From: Polyangiales bacterium
Lineage (GTDB): Bacteria > Myxococcota_A > Polyangia > Polyangiales > Ga0077539
Assembly: GCA_044229975.1 (NCBI GenBank)
Contig: JBGARZ010000007.1
Coordinates: 96,001-160,000, forward strand
Length of the DNA: 64,000 nt
Direction of reading: 5' to 3'
Shown piece by piece: positions 20,901 to 30,509 of this stretch. How positions within the stretch are numbered: position 1 is the first letter of the stretch; each line of letters opens with the position of its first letter. The translations under genes were made by a program, and so were the position numbers. The notes under the pieces are model-generated. The model made no database searches, was not told the origin of the DNA, and saw only the letters and a program-made list of their open reading frames with translations.

Positions 20901-21378
20901 GGCGGTGTATCAGTGCAACCAGGGCTGCAACGTGGTGTTTGGCGCCGACGGCACGCCCTTCATCAGCGGCAACATCTGCGGCGCTGGCGTCACCACCGGC
21001 GGCGGCGTGCTGCGCGGCATGCCCGGCGTGTCAGGCGGACCCGGCACGCTCACGCGCTACGCGGGCGGCGGCCCCGCCGCGGGCACGGGCGAGGGCATCA
21101 CGGCCGTCACGGCGATCATCCCCGCGCAGATGAACATGACCATGTCGCCGAGCGGCGACCTCTACCTCACCATCGACGACCAGCACCGCATCCGGCGGGT
21201 GGCCGCGGTCGGGGGGTTGATCCAGACCGTGGTCGGGACGGGCACCGCGGGCGAGTCCGGGGACTACGGCCCGGCGGCCATGGCGCGGCTCCGCGACCCG
21301 CGCCGGACGGTCTTCGATCGCAACGGCCACCTCGTCATCGCGGACTACAACAACGGCGCCGTGCGCATGGTCTGGTAG
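17944..21378 (+). CDS. Lipoprotein with Cys-rich N-terminus, D/G/S/T linker and two Ig-like (Big_1) + NHL beta-propeller modules
   Basis: Lipobox LLCAVAAC; SGDGQSA..GAPL Ig-like start; many NHL repeats (GDGMLATAARLATPEGLALD, LNNPRGIVLDSQRNLYIADSTN). Confidence 0.9.
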   Translation: MNFFPTRSTPSLAALLLCAVAACTTERRAVGGNCTFNGDCDEGLVCAAGYCRQQCASDRDCAPTFTCVPSNEPTRRVCAGPTSPPLCSAATDCNLGDGAPAAVCTAQRLCSPTCTTTNDCASFGTGATCSASAGCVLSFGDAGTVDDSGTTSDTGTTDTGATDAGSSDGSATDGATTDGSTIDGGTTDGSTAGDGSTTGDGSTAGDGSTTGDGSTTGDGSTTGDGSTIPGDGGVLRLAIASGDGQSAAAGAPLGAVILRVTNSAGAPAGGVTVTVTVPDGASATPPSGTTNVSGEFTVSLRLGLRPGPYAFTATAPGADAVTISATATGPAAGTISSIVNIDHSATYSGVPGAGTSARLRDATGLALAPDNTLYITSDTDCRILALSAGGQISSIAGTGSCTYGGDGMLATAARLATPEGLALDAAGQRLFFSERGTSNRVRVINLATGVVDTIAGGGTAPSPGFGDSGPARAATLASPGQVALGPDGQLYVVDDAHNRIRRVDLTSNTISAWVGGGTVCTGAAVLQNCGSDNCGVTWDAAGRAFVSGVFCGGGSTAGRTAVARLDGTTFTIVAGGGSSTAEGVLATNAALPAGRINMAFDPGGNLLLSLENQHRVRRVESNGRIRTIAGGPSGGMTGDGSMATAALLNNPRGIVLDSQRNLYIADSTNGSVRVVWSAGSATPLGATLSVSGSPTRTATITDRAAVPLFAARIVDSMGANLTAWNIDWQGIDPGVGIYDAAPTDGSGVSEVAVRAGLAAGTYRFRASATDIHGQPVTGSPVEFNVTATDPTAGTIFSPINVSHASGTLLGVPGAGTLARLTHPYGLAAAMDGTLYVSDYDGCRVYALSPAGHLTRLAGTGTCATGGDGGPALDATLYRPTGLALDDAARRLYVGEYVGGGPGLIRVIDLAAGTIDTFAGGGSAVGPGYGDGGPARSAVLAQVLSMTLHGGYLYVPDNGHGRIRRISLSDRTIGNWFSTGGCGLATPAVYQCNQGCNVVFGADGTPFISGNICGAGVTTGGGVLRGMPGVSGGPGTLTRYAGGGPAAGTGEGITAVTAIIPAQMNMTMSPSGDLYLTIDDQHRIRRVAAVGGLIQTVVGTGTAGESGDYGPAAMARLRDPRRTVFDRNGHLVIADYNNGAVRMVW
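18505..18630 (+). repeat. 18-bp coding tandem repeat (DGST(T/A)G), six copies plus a degenerate seventh
   Basis: gatggctccaccgcgggc / gatggctccaccacgggt / gacggctcc... units at 18-nt spacing. Confidence 0.9.
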
Positions 21379-21433
21379 CGCCGCTGCATCGGGGCGACGG
21401 GCCACGCCAGCCCGTCGCCTCACCCCCCGCTGA

Positions 21434-23038
<1,605 letters not shown>

Positions 23039-23139
23039 CGGGGGCGGCTATTTGCACGGTCCGCCCGCGCGACGCAACACCACCGGCGCTGCGGTAGGGT
23101 GTCGCCGATGAGGTCATCGAGCCGTACCAGGGTGTCTCC

Positions 23140-24159
23140 GTGAGGATCGGGGTGATGGGCGCCGGCTCCATCGGCTGCTACCTGGGCGGCGCCCTCGCCG
23201 CGAGCGGAACCGACGTCGTGCTCGTCGCCCGCGACCGCGTGAGAGACGAGATCACCGCGCACGGCCTCACCGTCGTCGACCTGGGCGGCGCCGAACAACG
23301 TGCTCTGCCCGAGCGATACACCCTCGCGGCCGGGGCCGACGCCCTGGCGCGCTGCGACGCCGTGCTGTGCTGCGTGAAGAGCGGGCAGACCGTCGAGGCG
23401 GGCGAGCTGATGGCCCGCGCGCTCCCCGAAGGCGCCCTGGTGGTGAGCGCGCAGAACGGCGTGGGCAACGCCGACGCCCTGCGCGGCGTGATGAAGGACC
23501 AGACCGCGCTCGGCGGCATCGTGGGCTTCAACGTTCGCTCGCTCGGGGGAGGGATCTTCCGGCGCGCGACGAGCGGCCCGCTGGTCATCGAGAAGTCGGA
23601 TCACGCCGCGCTGACGGGCCTGGTGATGGTGCTGCGGCGGGCGGGCTTCGAGGTGGAGGTCGCGGCGGACGTTCGGGCGCAGCAGTGGTCGAAGCTGGTG
23701 ATCAACCTGGCCAACGCCGTGAGCGCGCTGTCGGGCGCACCCACGCAGGCGATGCTGGGGTCCGCGGGCTATCGCCGCGTGCTGGCCGCGGTGATGGGCG
23801 AGGCGGTGGCGGTGCTGCGGGTGGCGGGCGTTCGGACGACGCGGGTGGGGCCGCTGCCGGTGCAGCTCTTCCCGGCGCTGTTGCGCATGCCGACGCCGCT
23901 CTTCCGGGTGCTGGCGCGGGCGCAGTTGAGGGTCGACCCCGAGGCGCGGTCGTCGATGTGGGAGGACCTCTCGCGCGGCCGCGACACCGAGGTCGAGCAG
24001 CTCAACGGCGAGGTGGTGAAGCTGGCGGAGAAGCACGGCACCGACGCGCCGATCAACCGTCGCGTGGTGGCGCTGGTGCACCAGGTCGAGGCGAAGCGCG
24101 CGGGCTCGCCCAACCTCTCGGCCGAGGCCCTCGCGACGGCGCTGGGCATCGGGTCGTAG
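23140..24159 (+). CDS. panE: 2-dehydropantoate 2-reductase
   Basis: GAGSIGCYLGG, CVKS, SAQNGVGN, QWSKLVINL, RSSMWEDL..GRDTEVEQLNGEVV. Confidence 0.92.
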   Translation: MRIGVMGAGSIGCYLGGALAASGTDVVLVARDRVRDEITAHGLTVVDLGGAEQRALPERYTLAAGADALARCDAVLCCVKSGQTVEAGELMARALPEGALVVSAQNGVGNADALRGVMKDQTALGGIVGFNVRSLGGGIFRRATSGPLVIEKSDHAALTGLVMVLRRAGFEVEVAADVRAQQWSKLVINLANAVSALSGAPTQAMLGSAGYRRVLAAVMGEAVAVLRVAGVRTTRVGPLPVQLFPALLRMPTPLFRVLARAQLRVDPEARSSMWEDLSRGRDTEVEQLNGEVVKLAEKHGTDAPINRRVVALVHQVEAKRAGSPNLSAEALATALGIGS

Positions 24160-24166
24160 CCGCCCG

Positions 24167-24460
24167 CTACCCCAGCGTCTCGCGCCGCACCCTCCGCCAC
24201 AGCGCCTCGTCGCCCTCCACCAGCCGCAGCTTCTCGGCCCGCGAGAGCTGCTTCACCGCGTACTCCAATCGTCGCGCGTCCGTCGGGTGTTGCCGCCCCT
24301 TCGACCACGCCACGATCACCGGCAGCCGCGCGCGGGTGTACTTCGCGCCGCGGCCCGCGTTGTGCGCCGCGACCCGCTCGGCGAGGCGCGCGGTGATACC
24401 GGCGTAGAGCGATCCGTCGGCGCAGCGCAGCAGGTACACCGTCCAGCGCGACGCTCCCAT
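24167..24460 (-). CDS. GIY-YIG nuclease family protein (UPF0213)
   Basis: WTVYLLRCADGSLYAGIT..RVAAHNAGRGAKYTRARLPV..EYAVKQLSRAEK. Confidence 0.93.
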   Translation of the reverse strand: MGASRWTVYLLRCADGSLYAGITARLAERVAAHNAGRGAKYTRARLPVIVAWSKGRQHPTDARRLEYAVKQLSRAEKLRLVEGDEALWRRVRRETLG

Positions 24461-24463
24461 CGA

Positions 24464-24862
24464 CTAGGTCGCGGGCGCGATGAAGGGCGACAGAAACAGC
24501 ACGCCGGTCGCGGCCATGCCGAGCATCCAGGCGACGCTGCGCCCCGATGCCACGTCGAAGACGTACAGCGGGATGTAGAGCACGCGCACGACGACGTAGG
24601 CGACGGCCGCGGCACTCACGAGGGAGGGATGGCCGTGCCCGAGGTGGGCGACAAACACCGCGGCGGCGAAGGCGGGGAAGTTCTCCAGGGAGTTCTGGTG
24701 GGCGGAGACCGCGCGACGGGCGTGGCCTTCGAGCTTCTGCGCCTGCTCGCGGGGATTGTTGTTGTCGTACCCGCCGGGCATCTTCGCCCGCGCGGGCGTC
24801 GCGATGAAAAGCGGCAGGTACGAGAGCAGCCACGCCGCGAAGACACAGAGAAACGCCGTCAT
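24464..24862 (-). CDS. MAPEG family protein
   Basis: GYDNNNPR..RAVSAHQNSLENFPAFAAAV..RVLYIPLY. Confidence 0.92.
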   Translation of the reverse strand: MTAFLCVFAAWLLSYLPLFIATPARAKMPGGYDNNNPREQAQKLEGHARRAVSAHQNSLENFPAFAAAVFVAHLGHGHPSLVSAAAVAYVVVRVLYIPLYVFDVASGRSVAWMLGMAATGVLFLSPFIAPAT

Positions 24863-24942
24863 GGGTCGCGATCATGCCCGAAGTCCGCGGACAATCGGTG
24901 CGCCTCGCGACGGAACCTCCACCACCCGGCCACGCACCCCCC

Positions 24943-26892
24943 ATGAAGTCACTTCTCCTCGCGGCCCTCGGCTCGCTGCTCGTGGCCTCCGGGTGCGCCG
25001 AGACGACGTCCGCCACCATGGCCGACGCTTCATCCGTCGCTGCTGACGGCTCAAGCTCCACGGACGGTCCGAGCCCCGCGCGAGGAGACGCCGCCCTCGC
25101 CGACGGCGCGACGTGCCCCGCGCCCGTGACGCCCACGCTCGCCGCGGCCTGCATTGCGCTCACCGAGCTCGCGTCTCCGGCCAACCTGGTCGCGGGTGTT
25201 GCTCCGGGGGTCACGACCTACGCGCTCCCGTCGCTCCCGATCGGCGCCAACCGCGAGCGACCGATGTGCGCCGACCAGCCCTGGCAGGACGGCAACGAGG
25301 CCGCCGTACGCTTCACCGCCCCGGTCGGCGGCCACTGGCGCCTCACCGCCCGCGGGCTCCACCTCGGGGCCCTGCGCGCGGCGCGCGACTGCGGGACGGA
25401 GGGGGTCTGCGCGGGCTTCGTCGATTACCACGGACCGTATGTCTCGACGGCGCTCAGCGTCGACGTGCAGGCGCAGCGCGGAGAAGGGTTCGCCGTGGTG
25501 ATGGACGGGTGCCCGGTCGGCGAGACCTGCACCTGGGACCTCCGCGCCGAGCGCATCGGCGCATTGGCCTGCGAGTTCGCCCGCGGAGACACCTCACCCT
25601 GCGCGACGCGTCAGGTGTGCAGCATCGACGCGTGCGACCCTGAGCGCTTCGTGTGCGTCCCCGAGGCGACCGATCGCCTCGACTCCGCGCGCATCTCCGT
25701 CGATCGCTCCGGCAACCAGGGGTACATCGTCGGTCGGCTGCGACCGCTGCCCGCGGGGTCGATGCGCTCGTGGCCGCCGCAGTTGATGGTCCACTGGCTG
25801 CGCGCCGACGGCACCGACACGTCGCGCGACTACTACGGCTCCCTCGTGCCCGAGGGGCAGGAATTTACGGAGGGTCCGACCAACGTCCCCATGGACGCGG
25901 CGCGGGCGCGGCTTTGGCTCTACGACGCGTCGCGCCCGATGGAGGCGCAGATCGCCGACGGCATCGAGGTGGCCATCGAGTCGTGGTCACCGGGCGCCGT
26001 GTCCGCGCGCTGCGACGACGCCCGCCCCCTCGGGAGCTGCGCGCTCGGGCTGCGCTGCGCCGACGGCGTGTGCGTGCGCTCGACGGCGCTGGAGGTCACC
26101 GGCCTGCGCGCGTGGCGCGACCCGGCGGGTGCGTCGTTGCGGCTGCGCATCAGCGGGTCGAGCCTCGGGGAGACCGTGACACAGGCGACGGTGGAGCTGC
26201 TCGACGCCGCGGGCGCGGTGCTCCTGGGCGCCCCGGCGCAGTCGGTGTATTCGACGCAGCGGACGACGTCGATGGTTCCGTTTGCGTCGCAGCTCACGCT
26301 GGAGGGTGACCGGTACGTCGGCGTACTTCCGCGGGTGGCGCGGGTGCGGGTGCGGGTCACCGACACCATGTCGCGGCAGAGCGCTCCCTTCGAGGCGCCG
26401 CTGGAGACGACCGCCGTCGTGGGCATCGGGGCGTCGTGCGCCGAGCCCTCCGTGTCGTGTGGCGAGGGCCTACGGTGCGCGGACTTCTCGTCGACGAGGG
26501 CGCAGCGCTGCGAGCCCGTTCCGGCGCCGCGGGCGTGCCGTCTGTCGGTGTTTCCCGGCACCTGGGCGCCGCCCTCCGCGGGAACATGGACCATCGAAGG
26601 CGTCTCCCGCAGCGGTGGCGGTGGCGTGAGCTGCCTGGGGTCGCGCACCGTCAGCGCCGCCGTGGCGGAGTTCGTGGCGCCGACGAGCGGGCGCTACGTG
26701 TTCGAGACGCAGGGGCTGTGGGTGCTCGACCTGCGGAGCGCGTGTGACGCGCCGGAGCCCACGGTGCAGTGCCTCCGCGACTCGGCCAACCCACGGCTGG
26801 AGCTCGACCTGCGGGCGGGCGAGCGTGTGGCCCTGGGGGTGATGGCGATGGCCTCGGGGACGCCGTTTGTGGTCACGGTGCGGGTGCCGTGA
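24943..26892 (+). CDS. Cys-rich putative lipoprotein
   Basis: MKSLLLAALGSLLVASGC lipobox; paired Cys motifs; two FTAPxxGxY/W beta-sandwich-like segments. Confidence 0.75.
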   Translation: MKSLLLAALGSLLVASGCAETTSATMADASSVAADGSSSTDGPSPARGDAALADGATCPAPVTPTLAAACIALTELASPANLVAGVAPGVTTYALPSLPIGANRERPMCADQPWQDGNEAAVRFTAPVGGHWRLTARGLHLGALRAARDCGTEGVCAGFVDYHGPYVSTALSVDVQAQRGEGFAVVMDGCPVGETCTWDLRAERIGALACEFARGDTSPCATRQVCSIDACDPERFVCVPEATDRLDSARISVDRSGNQGYIVGRLRPLPAGSMRSWPPQLMVHWLRADGTDTSRDYYGSLVPEGQEFTEGPTNVPMDAARARLWLYDASRPMEAQIADGIEVAIESWSPGAVSARCDDARPLGSCALGLRCADGVCVRSTALEVTGLRAWRDPAGASLRLRISGSSLGETVTQATVELLDAAGAVLLGAPAQSVYSTQRTTSMVPFASQLTLEGDRYVGVLPRVARVRVRVTDTMSRQSAPFEAPLETTAVVGIGASCAEPSVSCGEGLRCADFSSTRAQRCEPVPAPRACRLSVFPGTWAPPSAGTWTIEGVSRSGGGGVSCLGSRTVSAAVAEFVAPTSGRYVFETQGLWVLDLRSACDAPEPTVQCLRDSANPRLELDLRAGERVALGVMAMASGTPFVVTVRVP

Positions 26893-26976
26893 CGGTCGTC
26901 GTCGCCGCGACCAACACGCGGCCAACCATCGCTTGAGCCTTGAGCGCGTCGAAGCGACGTGCGTTGGTGCTCCGCG

Positions 26977-27639
26977 ATGACCCGCATCCTCCCGTTGTGT
27001 CTCCTCGCGCTCGCCGCCTGTACGACGCGCGAAGCCCGGCCCGTGGTGACCCGTCCCTCCGCCGACGACCCGCGCACGGCGGTCACCGCGTGGTCGCAGG
27101 TGCAGCGCTTCCACTGCGCGCGCGGCGCCGACGGTGCGGTGACCCGCTGCACCGGAGATGCTGACTGCGCCGACGGCCGGGTCTGCGACGTGAGCGGTGG
27201 TTGCGGGTGTTGTGTTCCGCCTCCGCCGCGGGTCGACCCGAGCGTCGCGCTGCGGCGGTACCTCTTCACCGCGTGTGTCGAACAGCGGTGCGCGCCGCCG
27301 CCGTACTGCACGCCATCGCCGGACGGGACGACGTGCACGATGCGCTTCGACCGGGAGGTTCCGCTGTGGGTGTCGACGTGGGTCGCGCCGCAGGGAGAGA
27401 GCGCGCTGGCCGAGACGCGTCGCGCGCTGTGCATCCTCGTGGAGCCGCACCAGGACTGCATGTGGACGCTGGAGATCCCAGGCGGGGAGTACACCGCCGA
27501 CGTGCCCGTTCCGACGCGCTACGAGGGGAGCTACGAGTGCGGCGGGCGCACGTGCAACGGTGTGCAGGCGGTGCGGGCGTCGCCGCGCGTCGGGTCGTCG
27601 TACACCGTGCGGCTGACGGCGCAGCGCTGCGGCGGGTGA
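26977..27639 (+). CDS. Cys-rich putative lipoprotein
   Basis: MTRILPLCLLALAAC lipobox; CTGDADCADGRVC motif. Confidence 0.7.
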   Translation: MTRILPLCLLALAACTTREARPVVTRPSADDPRTAVTAWSQVQRFHCARGADGAVTRCTGDADCADGRVCDVSGGCGCCVPPPPRVDPSVALRRYLFTACVEQRCAPPPYCTPSPDGTTCTMRFDREVPLWVSTWVAPQGESALAETRRALCILVEPHQDCMWTLEIPGGEYTADVPVPTRYEGSYECGGRTCNGVQAVRASPRVGSSYTVRLTAQRCGG

Positions 27640-27688
27640 GCGAACCCCGGCCCCAGTGCGATGACGCGCAACGGGTGTGGCGCGATGA

Positions 27689-28201
27689 CTACGCCTCGGC
27701 CTTCGGCTCGCGCAGCGCGGCCATCCCCTGAAGGAGCACCTCGACCGCGCCCCACGTCAGCGCGACCACGACGCCCGCGTCGACGAGGCCCCGCCACGGC
27801 TGCGGCAGGCGCTTCACCAGCACCACCAGCCCCACGATGAACACCACCAGCCCGCGCTGTATCCACATGCGCCGCGGCTCATCGCCGACGAGCGACATGC
27901 AGTAGAGCGGCGCCACAAAGCGGTAGGTCGCGTGGGTGCCGACCATCAGCTCGCGCATGCGCCGGGCGACCCGCGGGGCGAAGCGCTTGCGGAAGGTCTG
28001 GTGCCCTTCGGTGACGGCGGCGAAGACGGTCCACGCGACGAGGAAGACCCAGTGGGTTGCGGTGAGCGCGGGCCATTGAAGGGCGTCCCAGGCGATGGGC
28101 GCGAGGCGATAGAGGCCGTCGAGCAGCAGGAGCAGGACGCCGACGAGCCCCCAGACGGCGGGCCAGCGGGAGAGCGAGGCGAGGGGAGGGGAGATGGTCA
28201 C
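27689..28201 (-). CDS. Hypothetical membrane protein (about 4 TM)
   Basis: Hydrophobic helices; motif-like TEGHQTFRKRFAPRV, APLYCMSL, LPQPWRGLVDAGVVVALTWG. Confidence 0.8.
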   Translation of the reverse strand: MTISPPLASLSRWPAVWGLVGVLLLLLDGLYRLAPIAWDALQWPALTATHWVFLVAWTVFAAVTEGHQTFRKRFAPRVARRMRELMVGTHATYRFVAPLYCMSLVGDEPRRMWIQRGLVVFIVGLVVLVKRLPQPWRGLVDAGVVVALTWGAVEVLLQGMAALREPKAEA

Positions 28202-28332
28202 GATGGATGCGCGGGTGGGGCCGCAGGTTGCGAGCGCGGCGGACGATGCGGGCGGCGGGGCGCCAGGGCAATGGGTCAGTTCGGTCGATTGCCGCGGGTG
28301 CGCGCGTCGTGGTAGTGCCCGCAGCGCCTGGA

Positions 28333-29424
28333 ATGCGTGCCGCCGTCGCCTCACTCGTGGGTCTCCTCCTCTGCGCGACGGGCTGCCCCAAGGCGCCCTC
28401 CACCGCGGCCAACAACCGCCGCGACGCCGGGCGCGCCCCGTCCACCGCGGCGCAGGCCGACGGCGGCACACCCCGCCGCGTCGACCCGTGCGCCATCCTC
28501 GAAGCCAACCAGCGCGACCTCGTCGTCGCCCGCGTGGGTCAGCAGTCGCTCACGCTCTGCGACTTCACCCGCCGCGTAAACTCGCAAAACCCCTACCTGC
28601 GCGCCCGCTTCAACGCCCCCGAGCAGCGGCGGGCGCTGCTCCAGTCGTGGGTCGACGCCGAGCTCCTCGCCGCCGAGGCCGAGCACCAGGGCCTCGACCG
28701 CGAACCCGAAGTCCGCCGCGCCGTCATCCTCCAGCTCGCGCGTCGCCTGGAGCAGTCCACCCGCGATGCTGTTCCTGACCCCACCATCACCGACGCGGAG
28801 GTGCGCGCGTACTACGAAGCGCATCGCGCCGAGTACGACACCGACGCCGAGGTGCGGGCCAGCCAGATCGTATTGCGCTCGCGCGCCGAGGCCGAGCGCG
28901 TGCTCGCCGACGTGCGCGCCCACGCGGCCGACGACGCCTACTTCCGCCAGCAGGCGCACGCCCACTCGGTCGACGTCCCGTCGCAGGCGCGCGACGGCGA
29001 CCTGCTGTTCTTCCCGCGCAACGGTGGGGCGACGGTGATGCCCGAGGTCGCCGAGGCGGCCTTCGGGATGCACACCAACGGAGAGATCCTCGACCGGGTG
29101 GTGGAGAGCGCGCACGGCGGCATCGACCACGGGCCGGGCTTCCACGTGCTGCGGCTCACGGCGCGGCGCGACGCGCTGCACCGCACCATCGACGACGAGC
29201 AGGTGCGCATCCGCCGTCGGCTCACCACCGAGCGGCTCAACGCCGCGCAAGAGCAGGCGATGACCGCCCTCCTCACGCGCCTGCGCGGGAGCACCACGGT
29301 GACCATCGACGAGGCGGCCCTCGGGCGCGTGCGGGTCGACGCGCAGCCGCAGGCCAACGAGGCCGTGGCGCCGCCGGCGCTGATGGGGGCGCCGGGGGTT
29401 CCGATGCCGGGGGTTCCGCGATGA
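28333..29424 (+). CDS. PpiC/parvulin-type peptidyl-prolyl isomerase lipoprotein
   Basis: Lipobox LCATGC; ITDAEVRAYYE, EVRASQIV, HSVD..RDGDLLFF, PEVAEAAF, GFHVLRL. Confidence 0.88.
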   Translation: MRAAVASLVGLLLCATGCPKAPSTAANNRRDAGRAPSTAAQADGGTPRRVDPCAILEANQRDLVVARVGQQSLTLCDFTRRVNSQNPYLRARFNAPEQRRALLQSWVDAELLAAEAEHQGLDREPEVRRAVILQLARRLEQSTRDAVPDPTITDAEVRAYYEAHRAEYDTDAEVRASQIVLRSRAEAERVLADVRAHAADDAYFRQQAHAHSVDVPSQARDGDLLFFPRNGGATVMPEVAEAAFGMHTNGEILDRVVESAHGGIDHGPGFHVLRLTARRDALHRTIDDEQVRIRRRLTTERLNAAQEQAMTALLTRLRGSTTVTIDEAALGRVRVDAQPQANEAVAPPALMGAPGVPMPGVPR

Positions 29425-30452
29425 GCTCAACGACGACGAGGCGGGCGATGAAGCGTGGCGCGTGGGTGGCGGGTCTGGCGTTGGCGCTCGCGGGCACCGC
29501 AGCGCAGGCCGAGGAGATCATCGATCGGGTGGTGTGCGTGATGGACGACGACGCCACGCTGCTCTCGGAGCTCGAGCGTCGGGCACGGCCGTTTCTCGCG
29601 GAGATCCCGACGGGGCTCTCGGCCGACGAGATGGCGCGGCGGCGCGCCGAGGTGCTGCGCACGGCCCTCGATCGCATGGTGGACGACCAGCTCATCCGGC
29701 GCGCGGCGACGCGGGCCCACCTGACGGTGACCGACGAGGACGTCGACGAGTTCATCGGGCGCATGGCGAGCGAGCGCGGCGCGACGCCCGAGCAGATCTA
29801 CGCGGCGCTCCAGCAGGAGGGCGTCTCGCGAACGGAGTACCGCTCGTACATGGAGAGCGAGGTGCTCCAGCTGCGGGTGCTCCAGAGCCGCGTGCGCGGG
29901 CGCATCAACATCACCGACGCCGACCTCCAGCAGGCGTACCGGCGCGCGGTGCGCGAGGCGGCGGGGCAGCAGGTTCCGACGGTGGCGCACGTGCTGGTGG
30001 GCGTGGCCGAAGACGCGACGCCCGAGCAGCTCGCGGCGGCGCGGGTGCGGGCGGCGGACGTCACCCGTCGGGCGCGGGCGGGCGAGGACTTCGGCGCGCT
30101 GGCGCGGCAGCACTCGGACGACGCGGGCTCGCGCGAGAGCGGCGGTGTCCTGGGCGAGGTGCAGCCGGGGTCGCTGGCGGAAAACATCGACGCGGTCATC
30201 ACGGGCCTGGCCGTGGGCGCGGTGAGCGACCCGGTGCAGGGGCCGTCGGGGTGGCACGTGTTTCGGCTGGTGTCGCGGCGCGCGGTGGAGCCGCCTCCCT
30301 TCGCGAGCGTGCGCGACCGGCTCTACGCGGCGCTGGTCAACCGCGAGATGCTCCGTCAGCGGGGCATCTATCTGCGCGAGCTTCGTCGCACCGTGACCAT
30401 CGACGACCGGCTCGACGTGACGCCTGCCGCCGCGGCTGCGCCCGCGCGCTGA
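29421..30452 (+). CDS. surA: SurA-like chaperone / PPIase
   Basis: Signal peptide, IIDRVVCVM SurA-type N-terminus, VAHVLV, GEDFGALARQHSDD..GGVLG, GWHVFRL. Confidence 0.88.
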   Translation: MSSTTTRRAMKRGAWVAGLALALAGTAAQAEEIIDRVVCVMDDDATLLSELERRARPFLAEIPTGLSADEMARRRAEVLRTALDRMVDDQLIRRAATRAHLTVTDEDVDEFIGRMASERGATPEQIYAALQQEGVSRTEYRSYMESEVLQLRVLQSRVRGRINITDADLQQAYRRAVREAAGQQVPTVAHVLVGVAEDATPEQLAAARVRAADVTRRARAGEDFGALARQHSDDAGSRESGGVLGEVQPGSLAENIDAVITGLAVGAVSDPVQGPSGWHVFRLVSRRAVEPPPFASVRDRLYAALVNREMLRQRGIYLRELRRTVTIDDRLDVTPAAAAAPAR

Positions 30453-30509
30453 CCGCCTCTTGCGCGGTGGGGCGTGAGGCCTCACACCCACTCGGGGATC
30501 GTGGGCACC

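Noticed and set aside
24167..24460. GIY-YIG gene as a homing endonuclease or defence nuclease
   Set aside because: Stand-alone UPF0213-type protein in a housekeeping context.
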